64,000 nt of DNA, taken from positions 52,281-116,280 of the forward strand of contig JAXJYD010000008.1 in NCBI GenBank assembly GCA_036307105.1, read 5' to 3'. Made by a program: the position numbers and the translations under genes. Shown one piece after another: positions 56,001 to 64,000 of the stretch. Under the pieces are notes generated by a model. The model had not been told where the DNA came from. It ran no database searches and saw only the letters and a program-made list of their open reading frames with translations. The first letter of the stretch is position 1. Every line of letters begins with the position of its first letter. The stretch is from Clostridia bacterium (lineage in GTDB: Bacteria; Bacillota; Clostridia; TANB77; CAG-508).

Positions 56001-56112
56001 CCCAGCAAATCTTAGATATAAACGATATGATAATTATATTGATTTTTATGAATTGATAGGTTTAGTATCCAATAGAGAATCAGCAGAACAACAGGATAGA
56101 GGAGTTAAGTAA
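53098..56112 (+). CDS. large HD-domain protein (about 1000 aa) with an uncharacterised C-terminal 800 aa
   Basis: HD-domain residues (NH...KLHDIGR...EHG...KEH...DADKLDR) lie in the first about 200 aa. Nothing is recognisable after that. Confidence 0.7.
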   Translation: MFKRVRNIYTRMITLFRNNHIQKIENIDYEKIISLMQEKGIYDEFKKEIENFEQIDELMNNKTNLHGTNHIVRVLFNCYAIMALENIGVDDKKIIVEAVKLHDIGRIGDGEDREHGEKGAIKAKQIMERKGFSQDEIDKICFIIKEHCLSKKQNEKDIENLPQEKQKEYSFLLNVLKDADKLDRVRLGDLDPKRLSLENSKRLVEVAKDIFYNNKYYYKKKLKVYPFNEQEAIKMLERIKNTVSDTNIDMEEIKNNFSTYKSIVEQGKIDWLKIKSDIPFNNFLEIIDNVSKEEMEYLQMNNLAGRKCIVNAIYDMRLNKFMQLKSDKKLDCFMDIHNYKRLIESMTDEEKNLIIEFTNNDLYKEVIPSFYIYYYLIKNFTKEEIDIVLQACKDQLDYYNDRTSDNDSGYKWSKQLFVVPIQYKIALVKKIGSEKLKELKEKTNVPLNIIMASIWDLNLFLDEKETKGEDIEKIIKNYNKYKLDVLTEKDADGRQKMISMLLSLPDDIGPEYEEIIKECLIGRFSKLNINSFEKMKNYQKICDEKILQEFEENDNIQEIKNLIFQTKIKDLNGLKRDIYFYGKYNPEDARQNEVYNYFMSIFKCENKEELLDSYMKIDNLSQEFYFDELLNELKDSLSSTSKKDIVSKMGEMQEKVKHTEGKTIEGKKVIDLTGTKFNLLISVIGSEGSAYLLEYYNKIIDSSYNNRKKKKKIKNGIKKRVRKRYKIDPLKNKQRCVSSIDEDFLGHVQSTKNMENKRQTENKLILAYFPKNTTDIYWMGNYDLMTIYDKERNDPTRKRIPHKDNLNNICNLKLEDLNAITVGDDNEIVIDSYPGAVMCFDHISDVSYKTSKRYNIPILYIDSKEQFRIMKQRLYKYYDEVQQNILENTEIGEDVFNKAFHLFEQNNNIIHRAFKMANSFTYLDDDEYPKEELIEIFDRMKLLVKESLNKCNKRQKQQIQDFMKKEADPANLRYKRYDNYIDFYELIGLVSNRESAEQQDRGVK

Positions 56113-56256
56113 ATGAAAGAAAAATTATTGTTGGAAGATTGTATAGAATTTATGAAAGAAAAACATAAGGGGCAAAAAAGAAAGCAGGGAACACCCTATT
56201 ATACACATCCATTAGCAGTAAGTGAATTATTAAAGAAAAAAGAATATGAAGTATAA
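56113..56256 (+). pseudogene. 47-codon remnant of a RelA/SpoT-type HD (ppGpp hydrolase-like) gene
   Basis: ..F..EKHKGQKRKQGTPYYTHPLAVSELL matches the N-terminal signature of that domain, then stops. Confidence 0.5.
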
Positions 56257-56257
56257 A

Positions 56258-56320
56258 ATGATTTCAATAGATTTTGACGGGACTCTTTTAACAAAAAATA
56301 AAAAGTTTACAAAAAAATAA
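56258..56320 (+). pseudogene. 20-codon remnant of a Cof/HAD-IIB hydrolase gene
   Basis: MISIDFDGTLL is HAD motif I, followed by an early stop. Confidence 0.45.
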
Positions 56321-56349
56321 AAATATTTAAAGTTTTAGGAGCTAACCTT

Positions 56350-56802
56350 ATGATAAAAGTTTTATTTGTATGTTTAGGAAATATATGTAGATCGCCAATG
56401 GCAGAATTTTTACTAAAAGACATGGTTAAAAAGAAAAATAGAGAAAATGAATTTATAATTGAATCAGCAGGAACAAGTAATGAAGAAGAAGGAAATCCTG
56501 TTCATTTTGGAACAAAAAGAAAATTATCAGAAATTGGAATTTCTACAGATGGAAAATATGCAAGACAATTAACTAAAAATGATTATGAAAAATATGATTA
56601 TATATTAGCAATGGAAGAAAGAAACGTAAAAAATATAATTAGAATAATAGGAGAAGACAAAGATAATAAAGTTCACAGATTATTAGATTATTCTAGTAAT
56701 CCAAGAGATATTGCTGATCCATGGTATACAGGAAATTTTGATGAAACATATGATGATATTATGGAAGGATTAGAAGAATTTTTGAAATATTTAAAAATTT
56801 AA
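56350..56802 (+). CDS. low molecular weight protein-tyrosine/arginine phosphatase
   Basis: CLGNICRSPMAE P-loop (CX5R(S/T)) and a later DP motif. Confidence 0.9.
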   Translation: MIKVLFVCLGNICRSPMAEFLLKDMVKKKNRENEFIIESAGTSNEEEGNPVHFGTKRKLSEIGISTDGKYARQLTKNDYEKYDYILAMEERNVKNIIRIIGEDKDNKVHRLLDYSSNPRDIADPWYTGNFDETYDDIMEGLEEFLKYLKI

Positions 56803-56810
56803 AATAAAGA

Positions 56811-56846
56811 TAGAATTTGAATTATGATATTCAAGTTCTATTTTTT
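56811..56846 (+). terminator. rho-independent terminator
   Basis: TAGAATTTGAAT / ATTCAAGTTCTA followed by T6. Confidence 0.7.
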
Positions 56847-57037
56847 ATATAATAGGAAAGTCATCCTTTCCTATTATATAAAAGCGCTTCGCGCCTAACG
56901 TTGCACAGAAATTTTCTTGGCAAAAATTTCGCGCAAGAACAAATTTACGGAACGCATTACATAGTATAATTTGTAGAAAATTAAAAAATATGCTTTGAAA
57001 TAATATACTATAAATTTAAGGGCGTTCCGATTTGTTC
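56846..57037. repeat. stack of palindromes (element F)
   Basis: Perfect 15-bp hairpin 56846-56880. GC-rich hairpin with the GCGCC..AACGTTGCACAG block. Long-range stem GAACAAATTTACGGAACGC / GCGTTCCGATTTGTTC. Confidence 0.7.
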
Positions 57038-57057
57038 TAAAAAATAAGTAAAAACAC

Positions 57058-57086
57058 TTGACAAATGAATAAAAATAGTGTAAAGT
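57058..57086 (+). promoter_or_regulatory. putative promoter of the ylxM-ffh operon
   Basis: TTGACA, 17-nt spacer, TAAAGT. Confidence 0.45.
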
Positions 57087-57131
57087 ATATTAGCATTACA
57101 AAAATGTAAAACAAAGAAAGAGGTAATTACT

Positions 57132-57479
57132 ATGGAAAAAAAAGTTGAAGTTAGTATGTTATGCCAATTATATGGAAAATTGTTAACTGAAAAACAATAT
57201 GAATTCATAGATGATTACTATAATGACGACTTGTCACTATCAGAAATCGCAGAAAATAATGAAATTACAAGACAAGCTGTTAGAGACATAATAAAGAAAG
57301 GGGAGAAAAAACTTTTCGAATACGAAGAAAAGCTCGAGGTTATGAAGAGGACGTTAAATCAAGAAAAAAGAATCAACAAAGTGTTATTTGAATTAACTAA
57401 AATACAAAAAGATTATTCAGATAAACAAGTAGCAAATGTTTTAGAAAGTATTAAAAAAGAATTAAATTGCTTGGTGTAA
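57132..57479 (+). CDS. ylxM: YlxM/p13 family putative DNA-binding protein
   Basis: LYGKLLTEKQ...DDLSLSEIAE...ITRQAV.D. Conserved position upstream of ffh. Confidence 0.88.
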   Translation: MEKKVEVSMLCQLYGKLLTEKQYEFIDDYYNDDLSLSEIAENNEITRQAVRDIIKKGEKKLFEYEEKLEVMKRTLNQEKRINKVLFELTKIQKDYSDKQVANVLESIKKELNCLV

Positions 57480-57501
57480 GCAAAGAATAGGAGTTGAAAT
57501 T

Positions 57502-58855
57502 ATGGCTTTTGAGGGATTATCTTCTAGATTACAAGAAATAACAAGAAAAATCAGAGGAAAAGCAAGAATTACTGAATCAGATTTAAAAGAAATGTTAAGA
57601 GAAGTTAAACTTGCACTCTTAGAGGCTGATGTTAACTATAAAATTGTAAAAGATTTTATAGAAACAATTAAAGAAAAAGCATTAGGTCAAGATGTTTTAA
57701 AATCTTTAACTCCTGGACAACAAGTTGTAAAAGTTGTAAAAGATGAATTAGTAGAATTACTAGGACGGAACTGAAGCAAAAATTAATTTTACTCCTAATC
57801 CTCCAACAGTAATTATGCTAGTAGGTCTTCAAGGTTCTGGTAAAACAACAACATCAGGAAAACTTGCAAATTTACTTAGAAAACAAGGAAAAAATCCTTT
57901 ACTAGTTGCATGTGATGTTTATAGACCAGCAGCTATTAAACAATTACAAGTTGTAGGTAAGCAATTAAATATCCCTGTATTTGCAAATGAAAATTCAAAA
58001 GATGTAGTACATATTGCAAAACAAGCAATGTCAACTGCAATATCTAAATTAAATGATGTGGTTATATTGGATACCGCAGGAAGACTTCATATAGATGAAG
58101 CTTTAATGGATGAGTTAAAAAACTTAAAAACTGGAATTAAACCTCATGAAATCTTACTTGTAGTAGACGCAATGACAGGTCAAGATGCAGTAAATGTAGC
58201 AGAAAAATTCAATGAAGCTTTGGGTATTGATGGAGTAGTATTAACAAAATTAGATGGTGATACTCGTGGTGGTAGTGCTTTATCTGTTAAAAAAGTTACA
58301 GGAAAACCAATTAAGTTTGCTGCAACTGGAGAAAAATTAAGTGACTTAGAAGTATTTCATCCAGATAGAATGGCAAGTAGAATTCTAGGAATGGGAGACA
58401 TCCTATCTGTAATTGAAAAAGCTGAAGAATCATTTGATTTAGAACAAGCTGAAGAAATGGAAAAACAACTAAGGAAAAACGAATTTGACTTAGATGATTA
58501 CTTAAAACAAATAAGGCAAATAAAGAAAATGGGATCTTTTTCATCACTATTAAAAATGATACCAGGAATGAATGCATTAAAAGATGTAGAAATAGACGAT
58601 AAAGAATTTGTAAAAATAGAAGCAATTATATGTTCTATGACCAAGAAAGAGAAAAGAAATACAAAACTTTTGAATGCAAGTCGTAGACAGCGTATTGCAA
58701 AAGGTAGTGGGACTACAGTACAAGATATAAATAAATTTATTCAATCTTTTGAAATGACACAAAAAATGATGAAGAAGATGAAAAATAATAAAGGTGGAAT
58801 AAAAAACTTAATGAAAGGTATTGATGAAAAATCATTAAGAAACTTTAAATTTTAA
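57502..58855 (+). CDS. ffh: signal recognition particle protein Ffh (apparent frameshift near 57763-57771)
   Basis: N-domain in the first ORF. GLQGSGKTTT, DTAGR, TKLDGD and the Met-rich M domain in the second. Confidence 0.93.
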
Positions 58856-58931
58856 CCTTTATATACAAATATTATTATGTTATTAATTTTTAAGTTAGCT
58901 GTTCGAACATAAAAGTGAGTTACAGATAACT

Positions 58932-58961
58932 TATACAGAATTATTATAATAATTCTGTATA
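58932..58961. repeat. perfect 30-bp palindrome upstream of rpsP
   Basis: TATACAGAATTATTA | TAATAATTCTGTATA. Confidence 0.85.
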
Positions 58962-58998
58962 CCGATATAAATCAAGAAATTTTTAGGAGGTGAAATAA

Positions 58999-59232
58999 AT
59001 GGTAAAAATAAGATTACAAAGACAAGGAAAGAAAAAAGCTCCATTCTATCACATAGTTGTAGCTGATTCTAGATCTCCAAGAGATGGAAAAATAATTGAA
59101 CAATTAGGAACATATGACCCAATGACAGATCCAGCAACAATAAATTTAGATAAAGAAAAAGTTGAAAAATGGATCAAAAATGGTGCAAAACCAACAGATA
59201 CAGTTAAGGATTTGATTGAAAAAGCAAAATAA
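58999..59232 (+). CDS. rpsP: 30S ribosomal protein S16
   Basis: [30 protein letters not shown]. Confidence 0.96.
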   Translation: MVKIRLQRQGKKKAPFYHIVVADSRSPRDGKIIEQLGTYDPMTDPATINLDKEKVEKWIKNGAKPTDTVKDLIEKAK

Positions 59233-59240
59233 TAAACTTT

Positions 59241-59352
59241 AAAAATAATCAACATCTTGTGTCGTTAAAATTCATTTAAAACGCAGTCATATACCAAAAG
59301 TATGCTCCTTTGCCTTTTAAATAAATTTTGCCTAGCAATATATTAATTCTTT
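59241..59352. repeat. structured intergenic element G (paralogue of 59643-59752)
   Basis: Shares AAAATAAT..CAT.T.G.GT.GTTAAA.TTCAT on the left and TTGCCTAGC..AATTCTTTT on the right. Inner stem ATTTAAAA/TTTTAAAT. Confidence 0.65.
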
Positions 59353-59394
59353 TTAAAGTTAAAAAAAGACAAACGAGAAAGGAAATACATAAAA

Positions 59395-59637
59395 ATGAAA
59401 GAAACATTAAATGTAATAATTTCAAATTTAGTTGATGATAAAGATGCTGTTGAAATTAATGAAGTGAATGGTGAAAAATCAATTATATTTGAAGTGAAGG
59501 TAGCTGAAGGTGATATGGGTAAAGTAATAGGAAAACAAGGAAGACTTGCAAAATCTATTAGAACTGTAATAAAATCATTGGCTGCAAGAGAACACAAAAA
59601 AGTGTCAGTTGAATTTTGTCGGATAATTGAAGTATAG
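59395..59637 (+). CDS. KH-domain RNA-binding protein (YlqC-like)
   Basis: GDMGKVIGKQGRLAKSIRTV (GXXG KH motif). Conserved position between rpsP and rimM. Confidence 0.9.
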   Translation: MKETLNVIISNLVDDKDAVEINEVNGEKSIIFEVKVAEGDMGKVIGKQGRLAKSIRTVIKSLAAREHKKVSVEFCRIIEV

Positions 59638-59642
59638 TTTAT

Positions 59643-59752
59643 AAAATAATTATCATTTGGCGTTGTTAAACTTCATATTTAATTTAATCAACGTGCAAAA
59701 GCACGCCTCATAAATTAAATACTTGTTTGCCTAGCCAAATAACAATTCTTTT
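59643..59752. repeat. structured intergenic element H
   Basis: Stems ATTTGGC/GCCAAAT, ATTTAATTTA/TAAATTAAAT and CGTGC aaaa GCACG. Confidence 0.65.
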
Positions 59753-59773
59753 ATAAACTGAAAGGATGAATAT

Positions 59774-60280
59774 ATGACAAAATATCTTGAAATAGGTCAA
59801 ATTGTAAATACATTTGGAATAAAAGGAATGGTTAAAATCAAGCCTTTTACAGATGATATAAGAAGATTTGACAGATTAAAAAAAGTATATATCGAAAAGC
59901 AGAAAGTAAAAGATGTATATGAAATTGAAGAAGTAAAATATCATAAAGAAATGGTATTAATAAAATTCAAAGGTATAGAAAATCCAGAAGAAGCAAATTT
60001 ATTACGTAATTGTTATTTATTTGTAAATAGAGAAGATGAAGAACCTTTAGAAGAAGGCAGATATTATATAGTAGATATGCTAGGATTAGAAGTATATACT
60101 GATGAAGAAAAGTTACTAGGAAATTTAGAAGATATTTTCAATACCGGAAGCAATGATATATATGTGGTAAGAGATGAGCTAGGAAAACAAATATTATTAC
60201 CAGCAACAAAAGAGGTAATAAAAAGCGTTGATATAGAAAATAAAAAGATTATAGTTCATTTATTACCAGGCCTAGTCTAA
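59774..60280 (+). CDS. rimM: ribosome maturation factor RimM
   Basis: IG.IVNTFGIKG.VKIKPFTD... and a PRC-barrel C-terminus. Confidence 0.92.
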   Translation: MTKYLEIGQIVNTFGIKGMVKIKPFTDDIRRFDRLKKVYIEKQKVKDVYEIEEVKYHKEMVLIKFKGIENPEEANLLRNCYLFVNREDEEPLEEGRYYIVDMLGLEVYTDEEKLLGNLEDIFNTGSNDIYVVRDELGKQILLPATKEVIKSVDIENKKIIVHLLPGLV

Positions 60281-60346
60281 TTTAAAAATTATTAAACATA
60301 ATTCTTTTTAAATTATTATGTAAAGTGTGTAAGTGTGGAGGAAGGA

Positions 60347-61007
60347 ATGAAATTTGATGTTTTAACACTTTTCCCTGAAATGTTTGATTGTTTAAAACAA
60401 AGCATTATTGGAAGAGCTATGGAAAAAGAACTAATTGATATTAATTTAATAAATATTAGAGATTTTTCAACTAACAAACATAAAAAAGTAGATGACACTC
60501 CGTATGGAGGCGGTAGCCGGAATGGTAATGCAGCCAGATGTTGTATATAGTGCTTATAAATCAGTACAAAGTAAAGACGCAAAAGTAATATATATGACAC
60601 CTCAAGGAAAAAAATTAGACCAGAAAAAAGTTGAAGATTTGTCTAAGGAAAAACATTTAATTATACTTTGTGGACACTATGAAGGAATTGATCAAAGGGT
60701 AATAGATAAAATTGTAGATGAAGAAATTTCTATTGGTGATTATGTATTAACAGGTGGAGAAATTCCTGCCATGGTATTGATAGATAGTGTAAGTAGATAT
60801 ATAGAAGGTGTTTTAAATCAAGATTCTATAAAAGAAGAAAGTTTTTCAAACGGACTTCTAGAATATCCACAATACACAAGGCCTGAAGTTTTTGAAGGTG
60901 AAAAAGTACCAGAAGTATTACTTTCAGGAAACCATCAAAATATAGATAAATGGAGAAAAGAAAAATCTTTAGAAATAACAAAAAATAAAAGACCAGATTT
61001 ACTTTAA
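60347..61007 (+). CDS. trmD: tRNA (guanine37-N1)-methyltransferase TrmD (apparent frameshift near 60515)
   Basis: [13 protein letters not shown]... then DDTPYGGG | AGMVM. The join is broken by one extra base. [15 protein letters not shown]. Confidence 0.93.
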
Positions 61008-61081
61008 TAGTAAATAAAAATATAAATGAAGTGCAAAAAAAGTGCACCGCTCACGAATTAAGAAAAGGAGGAAATTCAAAA

Positions 61082-61678
61082 ATGGATATTATAAAATCTA
61101 TTGAACATGAACAGTTAAAAAATAAAATACCAGAATTAAAAGTTGGTAATACAGTAAGAGTACACGTAAGAATTAAAGAAGGAAATAAAGAAAGAATCCA
61201 AGTATTTGAAGGAATTATTATAAAAGTACAAGGTGGAGGAGTAAATCAAACATTTACAGTAAGAAAAATATCTTATGGAGTAGGTGTTGAAAAAACATTC
61301 TTAGTACATTCCCCATTAGTTGAAAAAGTAGAATTAGTAAGAGTTGGTAAAGCAAGAAGAGCTAGATTATTCTACTTAAGAGACAGAGTTGGTAAAGCAG
61401 CTAAGACTAAAGAACAAGTAGGAGCAAGAATTGAAGATAGAGAAATAGTTGTTAAAGAAGATTTAACAGAAGAACCTATACCTGAAGTTGAAGAAGCTTC
61501 AGTAGAAGTTGCTCCAGAAGAAGCACCAGCAGTAGATACAGAAAATGTTACTGTTCAAGAAACTGTTGATACTGTTAAAGAAGAAGTAGTAGAAGATGTT
61601 AAAGAAGAACCAGTAGCAGAAGAAGTAAAGGAAGTAAAGACTGAAGAAACAAAAAAAGAAGATAAAAAAGCAGAATAA
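61082..61678 (+). CDS. rplS: 50S ribosomal protein L19 with an about 85-aa acidic C-terminal extension
   Basis: Canonical L19 core (..[32 protein letters not shown]) followed by an E/V/P/K-rich tail. Confidence 0.92.
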   Translation: MDIIKSIEHEQLKNKIPELKVGNTVRVHVRIKEGNKERIQVFEGIIIKVQGGGVNQTFTVRKISYGVGVEKTFLVHSPLVEKVELVRVGKARRARLFYLRDRVGKAAKTKEQVGARIEDREIVVKEDLTEEPIPEVEEASVEVAPEEAPAVDTENVTVQETVDTVKEEVVEDVKEEPVAEEVKEVKTEETKKEDKKAE

Positions 61679-61687
61679 TTTTAAAGA

Positions 61688-61715
61688 AACCTCAGAAAGT
61701 TAAATTTCTGAGGTT
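61688..61715. terminator. bidirectional terminator between rplS and convergent dapB
   Basis: AACCTCAGAAA / TTTCTGAGGTT (11 bp) plus a T-run. Overlaps the dapB stop. Confidence 0.75.
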
Positions 61716-62461
61716 TTAAACATATCTTCCATATTATACAAACCACAAGGCTTATCTACTATAAAATCAGCAGCTTTTATAGCACCTTCAGCAAATACGT
61801 TTCTAGAATATGATGTATGTTTTATTTCAAAGGTTTCAAATTCTCCAAAAAACTGTACAACATGTTCACCAACAATATTTCCACCACGGATAGAATTCAT
61901 ACCAATTTCATTCTTATCTCTTTTTTCTTTTTTATTATGTCTATTATATTCACAATGTAAAGTATTTCCAAGAGAATTATTTATGCTATCTGCAAGCATT
62001 TTTGCAGTTCCACTAGGGCTATCTATTTTTCTATTATGATGTGTTTCTGTTATTTCTATATCTGTATTTTTCAATAGCGGCGCAAGTAAAGAAACAATTT
62101 TCTTCATAATCATAATATCATAAGACATATTGGCAGATTTAAAAATAGGGATTTTTTTACTATATTCTTCTATTAATGTTTCTTCATCTGATGTAAATCC
62201 AGTTGTAGCAATAACAACAGGGACATTATTTTTAACAGCATATTCCAGAATATTAAAAGTAGCTACAGGAATAGAAAAATCTATTATTACATCAGGCTTT
62301 TCTTTTATATTTTGTGTATTATCATATACAGGAAAAGTAAGTTCTCCAGTAATATTTTTATCAAAACCACATTTTAATATTAAATTCTCATTTTTATCAA
62401 CTAAGTCACAAACAATTCGTCCCATTTTTCCATTACATCCATTTACCATTACTTCTATCAT
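61700..62461 (-). CDS. dapB: 4-hydroxy-tetrahydrodipicolinate reductase
   Basis: N-terminal G..GKMGR Rossmann motif, E.HH..K.D.PSGTA. Confidence 0.9.
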   Translation of the reverse strand: MIEVMVNGCNGKMGRIVCDLVDKNENLILKCGFDKNITGELTFPVYDNTQNIKEKPDVIIDFSIPVATFNILEYAVKNNVPVVIATTGFTSDEETLIEEYSKKIPIFKSANMSYDIMIMKKIVSLLAPLLKNTDIEITETHHNRKIDSPSGTAKMLADSINNSLGNTLHCEYNRHNKKEKRDKNEIGMNSIRGGNIVGEHVVQFFGEFETFEIKHTSYSRNVFAEGAIKAADFIVDKPCGLYNMEDMFKTSEI

Positions 62462-62487
62462 AATTATTAAATCCTTTCTTATATTTA

Positions 62488-63366
62488 TTAGATAAATTTT
62501 GCTATTTCATTTTTTAAAATTTTTTCTTTTTCAATACTCATTTTTGTTAAAGGAAGTCTTGGAATTCCATAATTGTATCCTAATAAATTTAAAGCAGCTT
62601 TGACAGGGATGGGGTTTACTTCGCTAAACAAAGCTTTACATAGAGGTATAACATCTAATTGCATTTTTGTTGCTGTTTTTATATCACCGTTTAAGAAATT
62701 GTGTACCATGTTATGCGTATATTCAGGTAGCACATGTGAAAGAACAGATATAACCCCAATTCCTCCAACTGATAAAACAGGAACAATTTGGTCATCATTT
62801 CCAGAATAGATATTTAAATTATTACCACATAAATGAGCAATTTCTGCTACTTGTGATAAATTTCCACTTGCTTCTTTTATTGCAACAATATTTTCTATTT
62901 TTGATAATTCTAAACAAGTCTTTGGTTCAATGTTTACACCAGTTCTGCTAGGTACACTATAAAGAATAATTGGTAAAGAAACACTTTTGGCAATTTCTTT
63001 ATAATGTACTATTAAACCATTTTGAGTACATTTGTTATAATAAGGTGTAACAATTAAAAGACCATCTACACCAAGTTTTTCTACTTGTTTTGAATATTCA
63101 ATTACTTGTTTTGTATTATTTCCTCCAGTTCCAGCAATAATTGGAATTCTTCCATTTGAAGTTTTTACAGCACACTTTATTGTTTCTAATTTCTCATCTG
63201 TATTCATAGTAGAAGCTTCTCCTGTTGTGCCACAAACTATAATAGCGTCTACTTTGTTTTGAATTTGATTTTCTACTAATTTCTCAAATTCTTTAAAATT
63301 AACACCATTTTCATCAAAAGGTGTACTGATTGCAGTTCCGCAACCTTTAAATAAAATTTTTTTCAT
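62488..63366 (-). CDS. dapA: 4-hydroxy-tetrahydrodipicolinate synthase
   Basis: GTTGE, the region YSVPSRTG, and IVAIKEASG with the Schiff-base lysine. Confidence 0.93.
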   Translation of the reverse strand: MKKILFKGCGTAISTPFDENGVNFKEFEKLVENQIQNKVDAIIVCGTTGEASTMNTDEKLETIKCAVKTSNGRIPIIAGTGGNNTKQVIEYSKQVEKLGVDGLLIVTPYYNKCTQNGLIVHYKEIAKSVSLPIILYSVPSRTGVNIEPKTCLELSKIENIVAIKEASGNLSQVAEIAHLCGNNLNIYSGNDDQIVPVLSVGGIGVISVLSHVLPEYTHNMVHNFLNGDIKTATKMQLDVIPLCKALFSEVNPIPVKAALNLLGYNYGIPRLPLTKMSIEKEKILKNEIAKFI

Positions 63367-63575
63367 AATAATCACACTCCGTTAAGAGTTTATATTATAA
63401 ATGTAGTTACATTTATAGTATATAAAAGATTATATTATAAAAAATAACAAAAAGAAATAAAAAAATAAAAAAATTATAAAAATCTATTGACAAAATAAAA
63501 ATAAAAATATAAAATAAGAACAAGAAAAGCGAACAACAATTCGAAGAACGAAAATTTGACAAGGAGTGATATAAA

Positions 63576-64000
63576 ATGAATATAGTAAAAAGAAAAATAA
63601 ATGTTAAAACATCTGTAAATAATGAGTTAGAAAGACATCCGGTACCTGTTTTAGGTATTGATTATAAAGTAAAAATAGTTTATAAAAACATTAAAATAAC
63701 GGAATTAGATGTAGAAAATAAGACTATAAAAATATCACTACCGAACAAATATAAAAAGGTAGCAAACAAAGAAATATTAGACCTAGCAATTGAAAAGATG
63801 TATGAACAAATTGCTAATGTCGAAATAGAAAGAGCTATGGAAAAAACAAGAATAATGATTGGATTTGCACCAGAAGAATATGAAATAAAAAAAATAGATA
63901 CATTAGGAATATGCAAAGATAAAAAAATAACAATAAATCCAGATGTTGTGAAATATGGAAGAAAAGTAATTGACTATGTAGTGTTACACCAATATTGTCA
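63576..64000 (+). CDS. YgjP/DUF45-like (M48-type) protein, 3' end outside the window
   Basis: My own translation from the ATG at 63576 stays open to the window end and finishes ...GICKDKKITINPDVVKYGRKVIDYVVLHQYC. This resembles the DUF45 region around the HExxH site. Confidence 0.55.
   Translation, partial: MNIVKRKINVKTSVNNELERHPVPVLGIDYKVKIVYKNIKITELDVENKTIKISLPNKYKKVANKEILDLAIEKMYEQIANVEIERAMEKTRIMIGFAPEEYEIKKIDTLGICKDKKITINPDVVKYGRKVIDYVVLHQYC

Overview
A 64 kb chromosomal segment from a very AT-rich (roughly 27% GC) Firmicute, Clostridia-like by gene content. Nearly all genes are on the + strand. The right 50 kb is a conserved housekeeping backbone: secDF-like, mutL, miaA, sepF, divIVA, rsmD, ftsK, gap, femX-like, alr, ftsH, prmC, whiA, hemW, recN, T-box-pheST, ylxM-ffh-rpsP-KH-rimM-trmD-rplS, and dapBA on the minus strand. 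The left 10 kb is a tRNA hot spot (tRNA-Gly x2, tRNA-His, tRNA-Gln plus a truncated tRNA-Gln). It holds two integrative modules, each built around a large serine recombinase. One module is Tn4451-like with a TnpV homologue. Four kinds of feature are not explained by ordinary annotation. (1) A roughly 90-nt two-hairpin non-coding motif is conserved downstream of both recombinase modules. (2) A MITE-like family has two copies, each with 16-bp terminal inverted repeats and an 8-bp target-site duplication, flanking prmC-whiA. (3) Several families of long nested imperfect palindromes (110-220 nt) occupy otherwise tight intergenic gaps, including inside the rpsP operon. (4) There are recombination scars: a 40-nt tRNA-Gln 5' half, a roughly 175-190 bp duplicated trailer-terminator-promoter unit, and a 54-bp duplication of the ftsH 3' end bracketing a 1.07 kb insert. 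At least nine genes carry single-base frameshifts, including the essential pheT, ffh, trmD and ftsK. This points to indel errors in the assembly rather than real pseudogenes. No CRISPR array, rRNA, transposase, reverse transcriptase or recognisable defence operon was seen.
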